This document shows, piece by piece, positions 47,601 to 57,679 of a stretch of DNA of 64,000 nt. The stretch comes from Phoronis australis (taxonomy: Eukaryota > Animalia > Phoronida), in assembly GCA_002633005.1 (NCBI GenBank), contig NMRA01000563.1:210104-274103 (forward strand), in the 5' to 3' direction. The notes beneath the pieces were generated by a model that searched no databases, had not been told where the DNA came from, and saw nothing but the letters and a program-made list of their open reading frames with translations. The position numbers and the translations under genes are program-made. How positions within the stretch are numbered: position 1 is the first letter of the stretch; every line of letters begins with the position of its first letter.

Positions 47601-48403
47601 GTCTCCAGCTTGGCTTCTGTAACAACAGTTAGATTTAACAATTTTGATGACAAACTGAAGAACTTGAAGTATTTCATCCATCCCTTTAAAGGTAAGAATC
47701 TGGAAAATATTGATATCTTCACCATATTTTCTACATGTACCATGCAGCCAAATGATCCTAAATGGACCCCATGGGGTTTTATGTTGGTAGGACTCTTTAG
47801 GAACTTTCCTTTCGTGGGGATTCTTAAATTTCTGTCTTTTTGACACCTTTAACCTGAAGCAGTTCAAGGAGATACCATTTTATCCAAACTGAGTACATCT
47901 TTAGCAATCAAAGCTTCAAATATGTAATGTTAGAAACCTTTGTGTAGATTTTTGTAGTTGGAAAAGGTAACCTTTTACAGAAATTAAAACTTCAAAAGTG
48001 AACCCTGCTATAGCAAATTTTGTATTTAAAAAGACACCCTTTCTTAGGGAGATTGATCTGGAATAGTCACTCATCTGAGTGGAACATTCAGCATACCTCT
48101 TCTACTGGAATGCCCTGCCCCCTGTAATATAGTGGCCCCCTTATTTTATGAACCAGTGCCTTTATTGGTACTGGAATAATAAATAACTAACAGACAACTG
48201 GTTCTCAAATCTGGGACTCTGAATTTTAAACCAGTCTCATTTCTCACCTTTCCGTCGCTGCTCTTGCAGACGTGGTCAGAGTAAGCAGCAGACTTCATAC
48301 AATGTGGTCCCTCAATACGACCTTTGACAGACAACTCAGGCTGGCGACCATCAACAACCAACATGCCCAACTCAACAAATAAACTCTCCGGCTCCTCGTC
48401 CAT
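18927..48403 (-). CDS. ATOSA: Atos homolog / FAM214A-like gene, 11 coding exons: 48403-48248, 45223-45048, 44845-44720, 44093-42944, 41397-41281, 40382-40306, 40077-39966, 37039-36881, 34935-34867, 19477-19299, 19083-18927 (~825 aa)
   Basis: Manual splicing gives an open frame of 2478 nt with GT-AG introns and matching phases (0,2,2,0,0,2,0,0,0,2). Family motifs: LVVDGRQPELSVKGRIEGPHC, LLERW, AVRSYLYFSQLSAWL, TGLPTQSSP, LLGNFEESLLNGR, GFTAEIGASGSFCP, DDNAPSPYLG, TLFNP..VVKMFVV.YDL.DMP...QTFLRQRT, LRYLIHLR, SGKIYLHTDIRLIFSR, NPRYSP. Probably the single pre-duplication Atos ortholog rather than specifically ATOSA. Confidence 0.93.
19299..19477 (-). CDS. ATOSA: Atos coding exon 10 (TLFNPEGAVVKMFVVMYDLTDMPPNCQTFLRQRTFY...LRYLIHLR)
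   Basis: tttacag acceptor, AG|GTGAAA donor; conserved motif. Confidence 0.95.
21079..22873. mobile_element. ISL2EU-like non-autonomous element hosting a Tc2-like insertion
   Basis: Perfect TIR AGCGGAGTTGCAAC flanked by AT on both sides (21077-78 and 22874-75). Confidence 0.7.
21235..22400 (-). mobile_element. Tc2/pogo-like non-autonomous element, copy A (one end lost)
   Basis: Reverse-complement similarity to 37993-39507 and 49892-51195 over more than 1 kb; degenerate CCGTATTCGCC.TAAT terminus. Confidence 0.8.
24180..24648. repeat. ~38-bp minisatellite (agcaaattatgtcactggtgatgctacataatgtagag)n
   Basis: About 12 diverged units visible. Confidence 0.9.
24649..25051. repeat. 42-bp minisatellite (tgtactgtgtagacgtcataaaacaacagtgtttagctggtt)n
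   Basis: About 9.5 units, directly abutting the 38-bp array. Confidence 0.92.
27347..28727. mobile_element. Non-coding Kolobok-type element
   Basis: TTAA at 27343-27346 and 28728-28731; TIR GGTTATCT(G/C)CAACCTTATT. Confidence 0.85.
30134..30493. repeat. 29-bp minisatellite (gtgttattaccactgaggtgtggagctca)n running into the assembly gap
   Basis: At least 12 near-identical units before the N run. Confidence 0.95.
30494..31320. other. Assembly gap (827 N)
   Basis: Run of n characters. Confidence 1.
31321..31907 (-). mobile_element. Tc2/pogo-like element, copy B (other end in the gap)
   Basis: Ends ttattacggcgaatacgg|TA; reverse complement of 37993-38566. Confidence 0.82.
32633..34170 (+). mobile_element. 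HINE/DINE-1-like element, copy 2 (apparently complete)
   Basis: aacaagagcaacgcgaagcgtt start, nine GCCAC.AG..GGC units, (GGAC/GGACGCC)n microsatellite at ~34085-34122, terminal hairpin atgcatccacatat-aa-atatgtgggtgcat (34137-34166); inserted in a (TAA)n tract with no TSD. Confidence 0.8.
34867..34935 (-). CDS. ATOSA: Atos coding exon 9 (GHINLSGRGKRGYHVPKKGTVQV)
   Basis: ttacag acceptor, GTT|GTAAGT donor; GY.VP..GT.QV motif. Confidence 0.92.
35909..36633 (+). mobile_element. Second, older HINE-like family with TGACCTTGA-type tandem units
   Basis: acaagcatt start, repeated gtgacctt(g)aaa...ggtcaa motifs, and an end tactttattcccc...ggggacaat forming a palindrome. Confidence 0.55.
36881..37039 (-). 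CDS. ATOSA: Atos coding exon 8 (ESLLNGRLEP...GFTAEIGASGSFCPKH...DDNAPSPYL), DUF4210
   Basis: ttctag acceptor, CTG|GTGAGT donor; highly characteristic family sequence. Confidence 0.95.
37533..39573. mobile_element. PIF/Harbinger MITE interrupted by Tc2-like copy C
   Basis: TIR AG(A/G)CCCTTTCACACTAA with TTA TSD at 37530-32 and 39574-76. Confidence 0.8.
37993..39507 (+). mobile_element. Tc2/pogo-like non-autonomous element, copy C (full length)
   Basis: TIRs ccatattcaccctaataacc / ggttattagggcgaacatgg|TA. Confidence 0.85.
39966..40077 (-). CDS. ATOSA: Atos coding exon 7 (VISCSKLD...STSAPASTNCLLGNFE), start of DUF4210
   Basis: tttcag acceptor, GAG|GTATA donor; SAP...LLGNFE motif. Confidence 0.9.
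40306..40382 (-). CDS. ATOSA: Atos coding exon 6 (APVKKKSANGQFGYDCTLNNIKAIK)
   Basis: tttttag acceptor, AA|GTAGGT donor; phase links exons 5 and 7. Confidence 0.8.
41281..41397 (-). CDS. ATOSA: Atos coding exon 5 (VSSKPIP...RSLDGSTSLLFNSQTGLPTQSSP)
   Basis: ggcag acceptor, CCC|GTAAGC donor; RSLDG..TGLP..SSP motif. Confidence 0.88.
41901..42140 (+). mobile_element. tRNA-derived SINE, copy 1
   Basis: A-box-like cgtcgcctactgtg, B box GGTTCAAGTCC (41954-41964), body shared with 53386, AT-rich tail. Confidence 0.75.
42819..42943. repeat. 40-bp tandem repeat x3 starting exactly at the exon 4 splice donor
   Basis: (ctcactacagcattataggacattcactagactgtgtata)3. Confidence 0.92.
42944..44093 (-). CDS. 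ATOSA: Atos coding exon 4, large Ser/Lys-rich exon
   Basis: Lies within the 414-aa ORF 42911-44155; ctttcag acceptor, ATG|GTGAGT donor; begins VSAPGESYLTPFSQKPDQHVFPV. Confidence 0.9.
44720..44845 (-). CDS. ATOSA: Atos coding exon 3 (WAEMYMTGQGLQQAVRSYLYFSQLSAWLNSSQGTEPRKIIYR)
   Basis: attacag acceptor is phase-compatible with exon 2; AG|GTACCT donor; conserved AVRSY.YFSQLSAWL. Confidence 0.9.
45048..45223 (-). CDS. ATOSA: Atos coding exon 2 (CVEASKFRSEMHQLWTNCIPMCIEVS...LLERWTISVLACR)
   Basis: ttttgtag acceptor, AG|GTGAGT donor, FAM214 LLERW motif; not present in the ORF track. Confidence 0.9.
45476..45695. repeat. 49-bp minisatellite, ~4.4 units
   Basis: cttaacagacctggtctgaggtgacaaactaacccaccattacaagcta. 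Confidence 0.92.
46835..46891. repeat. 18-bp tandem repeat x3
   Basis: (tcacaagcagtgcatgtc)3. Confidence 0.9.
47990..48124 (-). mobile_element. End fragment of the CCCGGAGGG-type MITE family seen at 14818 and 16107
   Basis: Reverse complement gggcattccagtagaagaggtatg matches gggcattcctatagaagaggtata at ~16113. Confidence 0.5.
48248..48403 (-). CDS. ATOSA: Atos coding exon 1 (MDEEPESLFVELGMLVVDGRQPELSVKGRIEGPHC...SSDGK)
   Basis: Acceptor ttacag ends at 48418 and the ATG is at 48403; donor AAG|GTGAGA at 48247. The frame is open for 14 nt upstream of the ATG, so an earlier start exon is possible. Confidence 0.88.
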
Positions 48404-49151
48404 CTCTTGAGATAACTCTGTAAAGCAGAAATTTATTACAGTAGTCTAGAGTCAGATTCACACAAATACAAATTTTAGATAAAATAATTTAGCTTAAAAT
48501 GCATTCTGTCCACACGACAAACTTGATATTTCTAAAACCTTTTTATGGAGTTAAATGGCAGCTGCTGATTGTTGGAAAAACAGGAATAAATGTCCCAAAC
48601 TGTTCATCTCTTAATCACCACTTACTTTTGAAATATGAAAATATGAAGTTATTGTTATCATGAAATACCCAAATTTGATGCGTAAATGGAACTGATTTTG
48701 AAAGGGTTTAAAATATTCTTGAGCACTACTCAATGACACATCCATAATAAAACTAATAAACATCCGGATGGGCAAAAATCATAACACGGATGGAGATGCC
48801 CAGTAATGCAAGAAAGTAAGTCAATGTCAATATCATGATAATGAGCGCAAAATGAACCAACTACAATGCGTGAGCAGAAAATCACAAGATCAAAAAACTT
48901 GTTTGAATTTAGACTAATCGCAAGCTCAAATAATGTCCAAATTATACTGAACTAATGTCAACTTACACAAAAATCTTAATCTCCTTGCTACAAGACATAC
49001 CAAAACCTCAGAGACACAATTTTCAAGAAATTGGACATCAGCTTTAAGGAAAGACTTGAACCACACTAGCAATTTCTTATGGTGGACTGACATAACCTTG
49101 ATACATGTTCATTAACACTGCAGTGATCACATCACTACAACGAAATGTCAA

Positions 49152-49596
49152 AGGCCATTTTTACACGGAGACAGTTGTCACCGTGTCAGTTGTCACGACT
49201 TGCTCCACTACCTTAGTCACATTTACATCTCAAACTGGATCAGTAAGAGTTTCCTACACGAAGACTGTCTGCGCATGCTCACATAAACAATAGCGAATGT
49301 GCAAACCACATGGAATGCTAGCTGATCAACCCAATATATGCTATTGTGCAAGCGCATTGAAAGATGATCCCTTTACGCCCTGTCCAAGTTGTGTTTAGAC
49401 GTGTAGTTGACACTAGAGCAACCAATCGAGTGTAACTCGCTCTACTTATGAAACCAGTGTCAAAAACTGGCCGCTGCGGTGTCACTTGCTCCGTGTCAGT
49501 CGTGTTTACACGCACACTTTTACTGGATCAGCTGTTCCGTGTCAGCTGCGCCGTGTTAGCTGCGCTGTATCAGCTGTCTCTTCTGTAAATGTGGCT
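49152..49596. mobile_element. PIF/Harbinger-like MITE
   Basis: aggccatttttacac ... gtaaatgtggct ends; colinear with 62927-63324. Confidence 0.7.
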
Positions 49597-49891
49597 ACAG
49601 TGAGCCAGGGGAATAGCAAAGATGGTGAAAAACTTGAGCCGTTAATAAATACTAATTGTATTAGAATGAAGTTGATGAGTGGTCACACCAATCAAACCCA
49701 TTTCATCAGTAACAAGATGTGATTCACACATAAGCCAATAGTCATGTCTGGAACTGAACTCTCCTCTAACACTTCTACTTTTAGTAAGGTAAAAAGAAAC
49801 ATTTCATGACTGACCTATTTATTGAAACAGTAACACATGCAGTGCCGATTCTCGAAATATGGAGTGGTAAGTACATGCCATTTTATGTATA

Positions 49892-51195
49892 CCGTATTCA
49901 CCCTAATAAGCGTCCAGGGTGCTTAGAAAAATTTGCTTTAGGAAGGGGTCTCCGAAACAGGTGAAATCGTAAGCTAGAATACATCAAATTAACGCGCTGT
50001 GACGCATCTGTAACCTATGACAGAGTTTCTACAAAATTGCAGTGCATTGTTATCAAACTTTGTTGTTAAATTACGAGCATTTTTCAGAAAATCCCACTGC
50101 CAAAAATTGCCAACTGATGCGTCGATGCCTCACGATCGTCGATAGGTCAACTTGAATTCTTGAGTAAAAATTTACTTTCGACTCAACAAATTACCTAAAG
50201 TCCTCGGAGTCCTTAAGTTTTCAAAATAGCGTCCCTAAGATTTTTAAGTTCCTGTGGAGTCAGGATTAACAGCATATTAAGTCCAAATCTGGACTAGATC
50301 ATACTCCGCAACACGAGAAAAATCTTTGGACGAACACACAAGTTGCTGTCACGTGATGTTTGTTTTGAAGTTCGTCTGCGTATTGTGTGAATGAGCGACC
50401 GCATGCGTGTCATCCGATGGGAGTTCATTTTCCAGAGTAAACACGATGTAACGATCTAGGTGTTCATAATTAAGGAAATTAACACAACCAGTTAAGCAGT
50501 ACGTATTTTATTTAGCACTTGTTGATCTCATCTGCTAAAAATACATTTGATGTCATTGAGTCGCCGGGTGACTAGATGCACGACAATCTAACAGTTATTT
50601 TTCGGGTGATTCAGGTGTGTAAGGGTGTGGAAGTGTTCACTATAGTGGGTCATTTTGACTTTAAAACACCAATGACTAATTTAATAATTCCCCCCCTTAA
50701 AAATAACGCAAACGTTTTTTTACGGTATTAGAAACTTTCGGAAATAAGTGCCACTATTTATTTCTTGCAGATGCTATGCTACTCGTTTTACGAATAGACA
50801 GTTCCCGAAGACTAATCTTCAATGACAGGTACTTATAGTGCACGCTTCCTGGCCACATGCTTTTAACTGAACAAAAGTCAAGTTTTTATTACTCTTCGAA
50901 TCCTGCTTACGTTCTTTTTGAAGCACGGCAGAAGTTTGAAGTGTACAGTCAAGGCTATAAATACCGACCTAGCGGCGAGGAGGCTCGTGGTCTACAAATT
51001 CCACGCACAATGATTTTTTCAGGACTGTCGGTTCTTATTGATAAATTGAAGACGTTACTGTAAAAGTTTAGAACTGTAGGTAAGGCATTTTTCACATGTA
51101 CACGGCGTTCGTGGAGTGGGCGCTTATTTCAGCAAAGTCTGAAAATGCGTGGGGAGCGCTTATAGGGGCACGGGCTCTTATTAGGGCGAATAGGG
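49892..51195 (+). mobile_element. Tc2/pogo-like non-autonomous element, copy D (full length)
   Basis: TA|CCGTATTCACCCTAATAAG ... CTTATTAGGGCGAATAGGG|TA. Confidence 0.88.
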
Positions 51196-51300
51196 TATTA
51201 ATTTTTCTTGCGATTGACAAAAAGTTATTAGCATGACCTCCAAGAGGACTCTAGATTTTACCAATACTTACATCCATTTTCTCTTACAATTTCCAATATA

Positions 51301-52203
51301 AACAAAAGCAACGCGGAGCATTGAAATGCGCCCTGCACACTGCAACGGTGCGCTTATAGGGTGTATTTATTTGTATCATAAAAATGGCAATTATAATATT
51401 GCTACTAAGGGGGCCAGTGTAGTTGAACACGTCCGAAAATCAACGTCAGCCTTGGTCTTCTCATCAGGAACATATTTCCAAATTTTTTTCAAACTGTTTG
51501 GTGGATGGGAAAGGTGATGTCAAAAACCTATTAAAAAACTTTAAAAATGGCTACAGAGTGGTGAAAAATACATCAAATCTGCAAAAAATGAGAAGGCGTC
51601 TCCGCTGCCCTAATATAAACCTATTTATTAAATTTCATAAAAATCTACCAACGAGTTTCAAAGATACAGAGGACAATGAAAAAATTGCCACTATGGGGTA
51701 TAGCTGTAGTCAGTTCCATCCAAATGTCGTCTCTGTCCATTGTTGACTTCATAGAAATACATTTGCCAACTTCAATAAAGATCTTGCAGAGGGTTTGGGA
51801 GATAACTGCCATACAGTAAAAATACTGCCATTAGGAAGCGCCACTGTAGGTCCGAAAATCATCATCAGCCATCCTCTTCACAGTAAAAACATAAATGCCA
51901 ATTTTTATTCTTAGAGTGGTTTGGTTGGTAGAGGGGAGGATGCCAAAAACAGACTAGAAAACAATAAAAATGGCCACTAGATGAAGCAAAATACATCGAA
52001 TCTATCCGGAAATGGGACCATGTCATTGCTGAAGCTGCCAAATTTCATAAAAATCCATCAAGGAACTATCAGAGAAACAGAGGAAAACAGAAAACAAAAT
52101 GAAATTGCCACTAGGGGCACAGCATTCGTCGTATCCGCCATCGTCGTCCATTGTCAACTTCATAAAAATACACTTGCTAAATTTAATAAAGATCCTGCAG
52201 TGA
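51301..52203 (+). mobile_element. HINE/DINE-1-like element, copy 3 (more decayed, truncated)
   Basis: aacaaaagcaacgcggagcattgaaatgc start; six degenerate GCCACTAG units. Confidence 0.75.
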
Positions 52204-53385
52204 AACAGTATTTTGTCTGATTACTTTCGTCTTGTAGAGTAAGTTGCTAAAAACTATAAGTATTATCCATGCAGAGCTTGAATACTGCTTCAATAAGTAG
52301 CAGTTTGGATAATAAGCTGTTCAGATAATTAGCAGCTTGGATATTGAAAGTTTAAAGAAGTCTGCTAGTAATTCACCTGATTTTTCCGTGACGGCTTAGT
52401 TAAATAAAAATTCTCTGAAACTTTCCACTGTGGTACAATTTAACAATACTCCTAATCACATGCATTGAAGCATTGTTCTGCTCCATCATCAGTTAGGTTT
52501 TGCAGAGCACATTTGCTGTTACAAACATATAACCATCCTATCACCTATTGTGTGTCCATAACTACTCTGCTTATTTACAGTCATAACATATGACTGCATG
52601 CCATGTTTAAATCCAGCTGAGCTGATCAGAGCATGACTAAATGTGAACAGACAGCCAATTATAGTTGAGGGTGGACAGGAGGTCAACAAGAACCCAATAT
52701 GCTGACAGAAATATATGCATGTGTATTATATTAAACAAGACCAAAACAGACAACAAAAACAAAATATGATTTAAAAATAAATAATTCTTCATTTCTTGAA
52801 CGTTTCCCAACATGCACCTGTCATTAACACCCCCAGGTGTATTTTGAATATTTACAGAAATAGGACAGTTTTTGGAAATGGAAAACGGCAATTTTGGTAA
52901 TTTGACTATTGTTTGTACTAAATAAAGTTTACTGGATGGTAGTCTCTAAAGAGAACAAGTAGGATAGCTCTTGTTGGACTAGGGAACGAGTAAAGATTGA
53001 CTTAAAGTATACATTCAGTTTCTCCTGATTGCAACGTCATCACAGCCAAACAACATTTATTTATGATCTCCTGAATGTCAGACTAAAAATAAAGTTCTTA
53101 TTGCTAAATCTGTAGCCTACCAGTCCATGTTCAGGTCAGCTACTCAGGCTGTCAAATCCAATTATATGTCATATTTCCCTTGGAAGAACCATTTGAAAAT
53201 CATTATCACCAAGCAAGGAAGCCAACAGCACCTTGCAATAAATTTCAGTTCATTTACTCTCAGACTCAAGGTAATTTGTTGAAAGCATCATATTAAACAA
53301 AATGGCTACATGAATAAATAGCTTGCTAAAATAAAACCAATCTACTACTACAGCTACCTAATCAGCTAAAGGGTTTATGGTTAGA

Positions 53386-53607
53386 GGAGGCAGTGTGGTC
53401 TAGTGTGATAGATGACCGCTTTCCCTCTCGAGGTAGTAGGTTGGAGTCCTAGTGGGCCACACTGCTAGGCCCTAGGTCAGGTCTCTAGCTCCTCAGCTCG
53501 GTTTTAACACTCAAAAATGGCTCCAGGTGACCAGTATAATGGGCCCACATGTGTGGCCTGCGCACGCCTGATACAACGAATACCAGACCGTCTGCAATTA
53601 TTTTTTA
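53386..53607 (+). mobile_element. tRNA-derived SINE, copy 2
   Basis: A box tggtctagtgtg, B-box-like ggttggagtcc; shares tctagctcctcagctcggttttaac and aatgggcccacatgtg with copy 1. Confidence 0.75.
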
Positions 53608-56269
53608 TATGGATTTTAAATAAGTTATTGGCAACCCCACTAAAGAGTTATGTACATCGGATACAGGACATTGTACACAAGCCACCCTTTCCCCATAACC
53701 CTATTCATATATCACAATCCACCTATTCACAAAACCCTATTCTGATCACAAGCCACCCTTTCACATAATCACAATCTGATTGCCAGCTGTAGTTTTATTA
53801 TCTGACTATATTGTGACCATTATAAAACCATGAGGATACAAAAGACCAGTTGAACTATAACATTAATAGAACCAAGGCAAACCAAAGCTTTCAAGTTCAA
53901 TTTAGTGTTCAAGGTTTAGTCATAAAATCAATTACTTCAAAAATTAACTTCTTGATCTTTCAATGTGGAATGGAACAATTTGAGGCAAAATGAATAACTC
54001 TTCACATGTTTACATGATATGATAGGTTATTGACGTTTTGTCACTCAACAAAAATAAATCTCAAGAATTTTTTAGATTATCATCACCATAGTTTGTAGGA
54101 GACTGCTGACAATTTGACTGCAAGAAGCAAAGAAGTCTGCTTTAATGAAATTACGTTTTTGCAAAATAGCTTAAGACTTACCATAGTTGCATAATTATTA
54201 ATAGTGAAAGCATCCATGGTATACCATCATGACCTAGTTCATGCAGGCAATGTTTACCAACAGATTACCATCATGAGACTAGGTGCAGATGTTGGCAGTA
54301 GCATCGACAAATTAGATGAAATGAAGTTCTTTTGCAATAATTGTCGATGCCTCGTGTTTTAGCTTCAAGTCAGATATGGCGCCATCTTTAAAATGTTTTA
54401 GGGCAAAGAGACTTACCAGGTTGATTAATGGCACACTTCCTCCTCCAGCATCACTGCAAACATGGTTTATTCTAGTCTGAACTTGGTGTTGGTGTTTTAG
54501 TGAGCTGTGACTACCATATATATGTGATTTACATTATCACCTACTAGTATGGCAAAGGGTAAAAGAGTTGACCACCAATGACCTATTCACAAACTGGCTA
54601 AAACACTAGCATTTTAACCTGCAATTTCACCAGTATAGTTACCAAGACTCACATTCGCTAGTATATAGCGCTAGCGGTTTGAGTTACTCCAAAACTGAAA
54701 ATTCATTTTTATAGTAGTAATTATCTGTCCCAAATTCTACAGACTGCACCAATTGGAAGAATTTTTATTGCACACATTTCACTCTCACCAGCATGCATAG
54801 TTATGACCAGGTAACAATTTATAAACCTAAATTCGCAGCCCTGGAAGAAATTCGTTCTGTTACCACAGCAATTGTGGCCCAATGATACTCTACCAAATAA
54901 CACTCCTCTGCCCAGTAAAACTAAAAAACATCAAAGCCCAATAATTTAGTTTATGAAAAATTCATGGTAACTTGAGACAATACCAAAGTGATAAAACCCC
55001 TCCTCAAGACAACAGTTTTGCCTCCCTCCATTGCTATTTCTTTTGTTTACCATTTACCAACCCAACATGATACCTCAAAGAAACCAAGAACTCATCTGAG
55101 ACATATGATACCTGAGAAGCAATATACCCACCCACCCGAGATAATACCCGAGGGCAAAATGCCTATCCAAGACGATACCTAAGGATGAAATACCAACTAG
55201 AGACAACATCTGTGAGGGAAAATACCAACCCACGTTTGTGGCACATCTATAAGTTTTCCAATAGGAAGAGCCCCTCAAAATGATTGCTGTTTTAACCTGT
55301 AGAAATGATCGCCACAGACTTGTCAATATTTTCTAATCATGGCAATGACCTTAGGGTCAAACTGAGTCATGACCCCTGGACACAAAACACATTTATAACA
55401 GAAGCCTGGTGATGCACAACCCAATACATTATGCAAAGTGCATCAAACTGCTGACTGAACCTTATTTTTACAGCAATACACACACGCAGGTCAATTACAC
55501 CAAGTCAGTGTACAGCCACCAAGAAAAAGCTTGAATGTCATTTCTGTTTTGTTTCTGGAAACCTGGCCTGAAAGCATCTGTTAATACTCCATCAGATTCT
55601 GTAATATTTCTGATAGCTGAAGACATGTGTTAGTGTGTGTGTGTGGTGTGTGTAGTGTGAGGGCATAGCAGTAGTCACTCCTTTACACTTTATCATAGTT
55701 CAACTGTCAAGCAAATATGACTGCAGATGTATTGATGTAATTTTTTTAAATATGGTAATTCACCAATCCATGTTTATGACAACATCTAACATACATCAAG
55801 AAATTCCACTGTTTTATCATGGCCCATTCGAGACCCTGTTGAACAACTGCTAAGTGTATTTCCAGCAGCAGCAGCAACAACAGCAGCAGAAGGGACATTT
55901 GGCTACCAGCAGACAGTAGCTAGGGGACAATAAACAGGCCCTTTGTCTAGGACTAGGTTTTTACAGAAGGTTCTGGACAGACTGGAAGCTTTTCTAATCA
56001 TGGCACCTGACGCTGTGGTCACACTGAGAGCCCTGACCCCTGGACACAAAACACATTTATAACAATGTGCCTGGCGAAACAAATCAACATTAGGCAAAGT
56101 ACAGGTAAAGAAATACCAGGTTCAAACCATTCTGAAAAAACAGTCATCACAAAAGACTTTTCCTACAGATTCTAATTCCAAAATGAATCCCTTCATCAGT
56201 ATAAAACGGTGTCCTTCAGAGTAGAACAACCCATGCACTTTTCAATATTTACAAACATGTATTATGTGG

Positions 56270-56835
56270 AAAAAATAATTTTCACTAAAATTGGTCTCGG
56301 CTTGTCCCCTTGACACAGACAAGAAGTGATTCCTTGGTTTGCGAAGAACTGAAAGTTCATCATTTCTTGAGACCATGGTTGGTGCTTAAATGATACGCTT
56401 ATGTTGACCTGATCTCAAGCAATAACCAACAGTCAGTTCTTTCATAGTCCTGAAATCATCTCTAATTTGACTGAAGACTTTCATAGGTTGATGCATGCGG
56501 ATAGTATGAATGATAATGGCTCTAGTTAACTTTGCAGTAATCAGGTGCATTTAACAGTAGAACAATGATGCTTCAGTGCAGTATGAACGGTCAACTTCGG
56601 TCTCATCAAAGTTATAAGCAGAGGACACTGGTATCGCAATTATTTCGATGACGTCAGCATCACCTACTGCTTACTTCGATGTCCTTTAACTACCGACGTA
56701 TGGTTCAATTAACTTCGCAGTTTGCATCCATGCTCTTTTCATATTGAAGTCAAGTTAATATGAAAGGACATCAAAGAACAACCCGAGACCAATTTTATAA
56801 TGATAGGGGGTAGTATTAAATCGAGTTATTTTTTG
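56270..56835. mobile_element. Old MITE-like element with inverted subterminal blocks
   Basis: taaaattggtctcggcttgtccccttga (~56287) is inverted as tcaaagaacaacccgagaccaatttta (~56771); ends uncertain. Confidence 0.45.
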
Positions 56836-57416
56836 TGATGGAAAGTGGGTTATAGCCACCTCAACCTTGACTGCCAGGACAGCATAACCTTTAAATTCTC
56901 ACAAGCCTACATTCAAAAGCTTCAAATTTCAGATCACTGAACATAAAGAATTCTTAAAAGGTAAGGTCATCAATGTTACTTTAAAACACACAGATTGAAA
57001 TGATCTGCTAGCAGTGAATAAAGTAATGCCTTTTTGTTTTCGTACAACATATTGCACTCTCAAAACCAACTTTGCCTTTTCAGACCTTAGTCTCATGTCT
57101 CAAATTGAAGTGACAAAGCTAAATTAATGAATACAATATAACAATCAAATGATGGTTTGTACTGCTCAGAGTTGTTGAACACACAGCCATAAATCAACAA
57201 CAACAGTTAATATCTAGAACAAATGGCGTCCCCTCCAAGAGAGTTATTATTATCGAGAAACTGGCATCATCTTGCAATCGCTCTCCTACTGGCCAGATTT
57301 TGGTCAGACTATCTTAGTACAAGACCTGGACATGAGATCCAACCCCCAAAGAACTCAAGTTGAGACCTATTGCTTCGTGACTGGTCTTAGTGGTTGATTA
57401 GTATGAACTCAACATT

Positions 57417-57588
57417 AGTTTTGTTTGTTATTATGCTTTAATACACTAGGTAGGGGTATGGTAATGTAATCCAAGTTTTGTTTGTTATTATGCTTTAATA
57501 CACTAGGTAGGGGTATGGTAATGTAATGCAAGTTTTGTTTGTTATTATGCTTTAATACTCTAGGTAGGGGTATGGTAATGTAATGCAA
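57417..57588. repeat. 57-bp tandem repeat x3
   Basis: agttttgtttgttattatgctttaatacactaggtaggggtatggtaatgtaatgca. Confidence 0.93.
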
Positions 57589-57679
57589 GCTCACACCTGA
57601 TGACCCCAACAATCAAGGTACAAGCCCAACCTCAAACTCATGGGAGATGTTTTAACTCAAATCTGTGGCTTAACGCAAG

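Noticed and set aside
40068-48420. Identical 13-mer (cagAGTTATCTCA) at the acceptors of coding exons 1 and 7
   Set aside because: Read in different frames with no further similarity; compatible with chance.
55370-56100. ~70-bp direct repeats (tgacccctggacacaaaacacatttataaca) ~660 bp apart, considered as mini-LTRs
   Set aside because: No primer-binding site, polypurine tract or TSD recognised; treated as a small local duplication.
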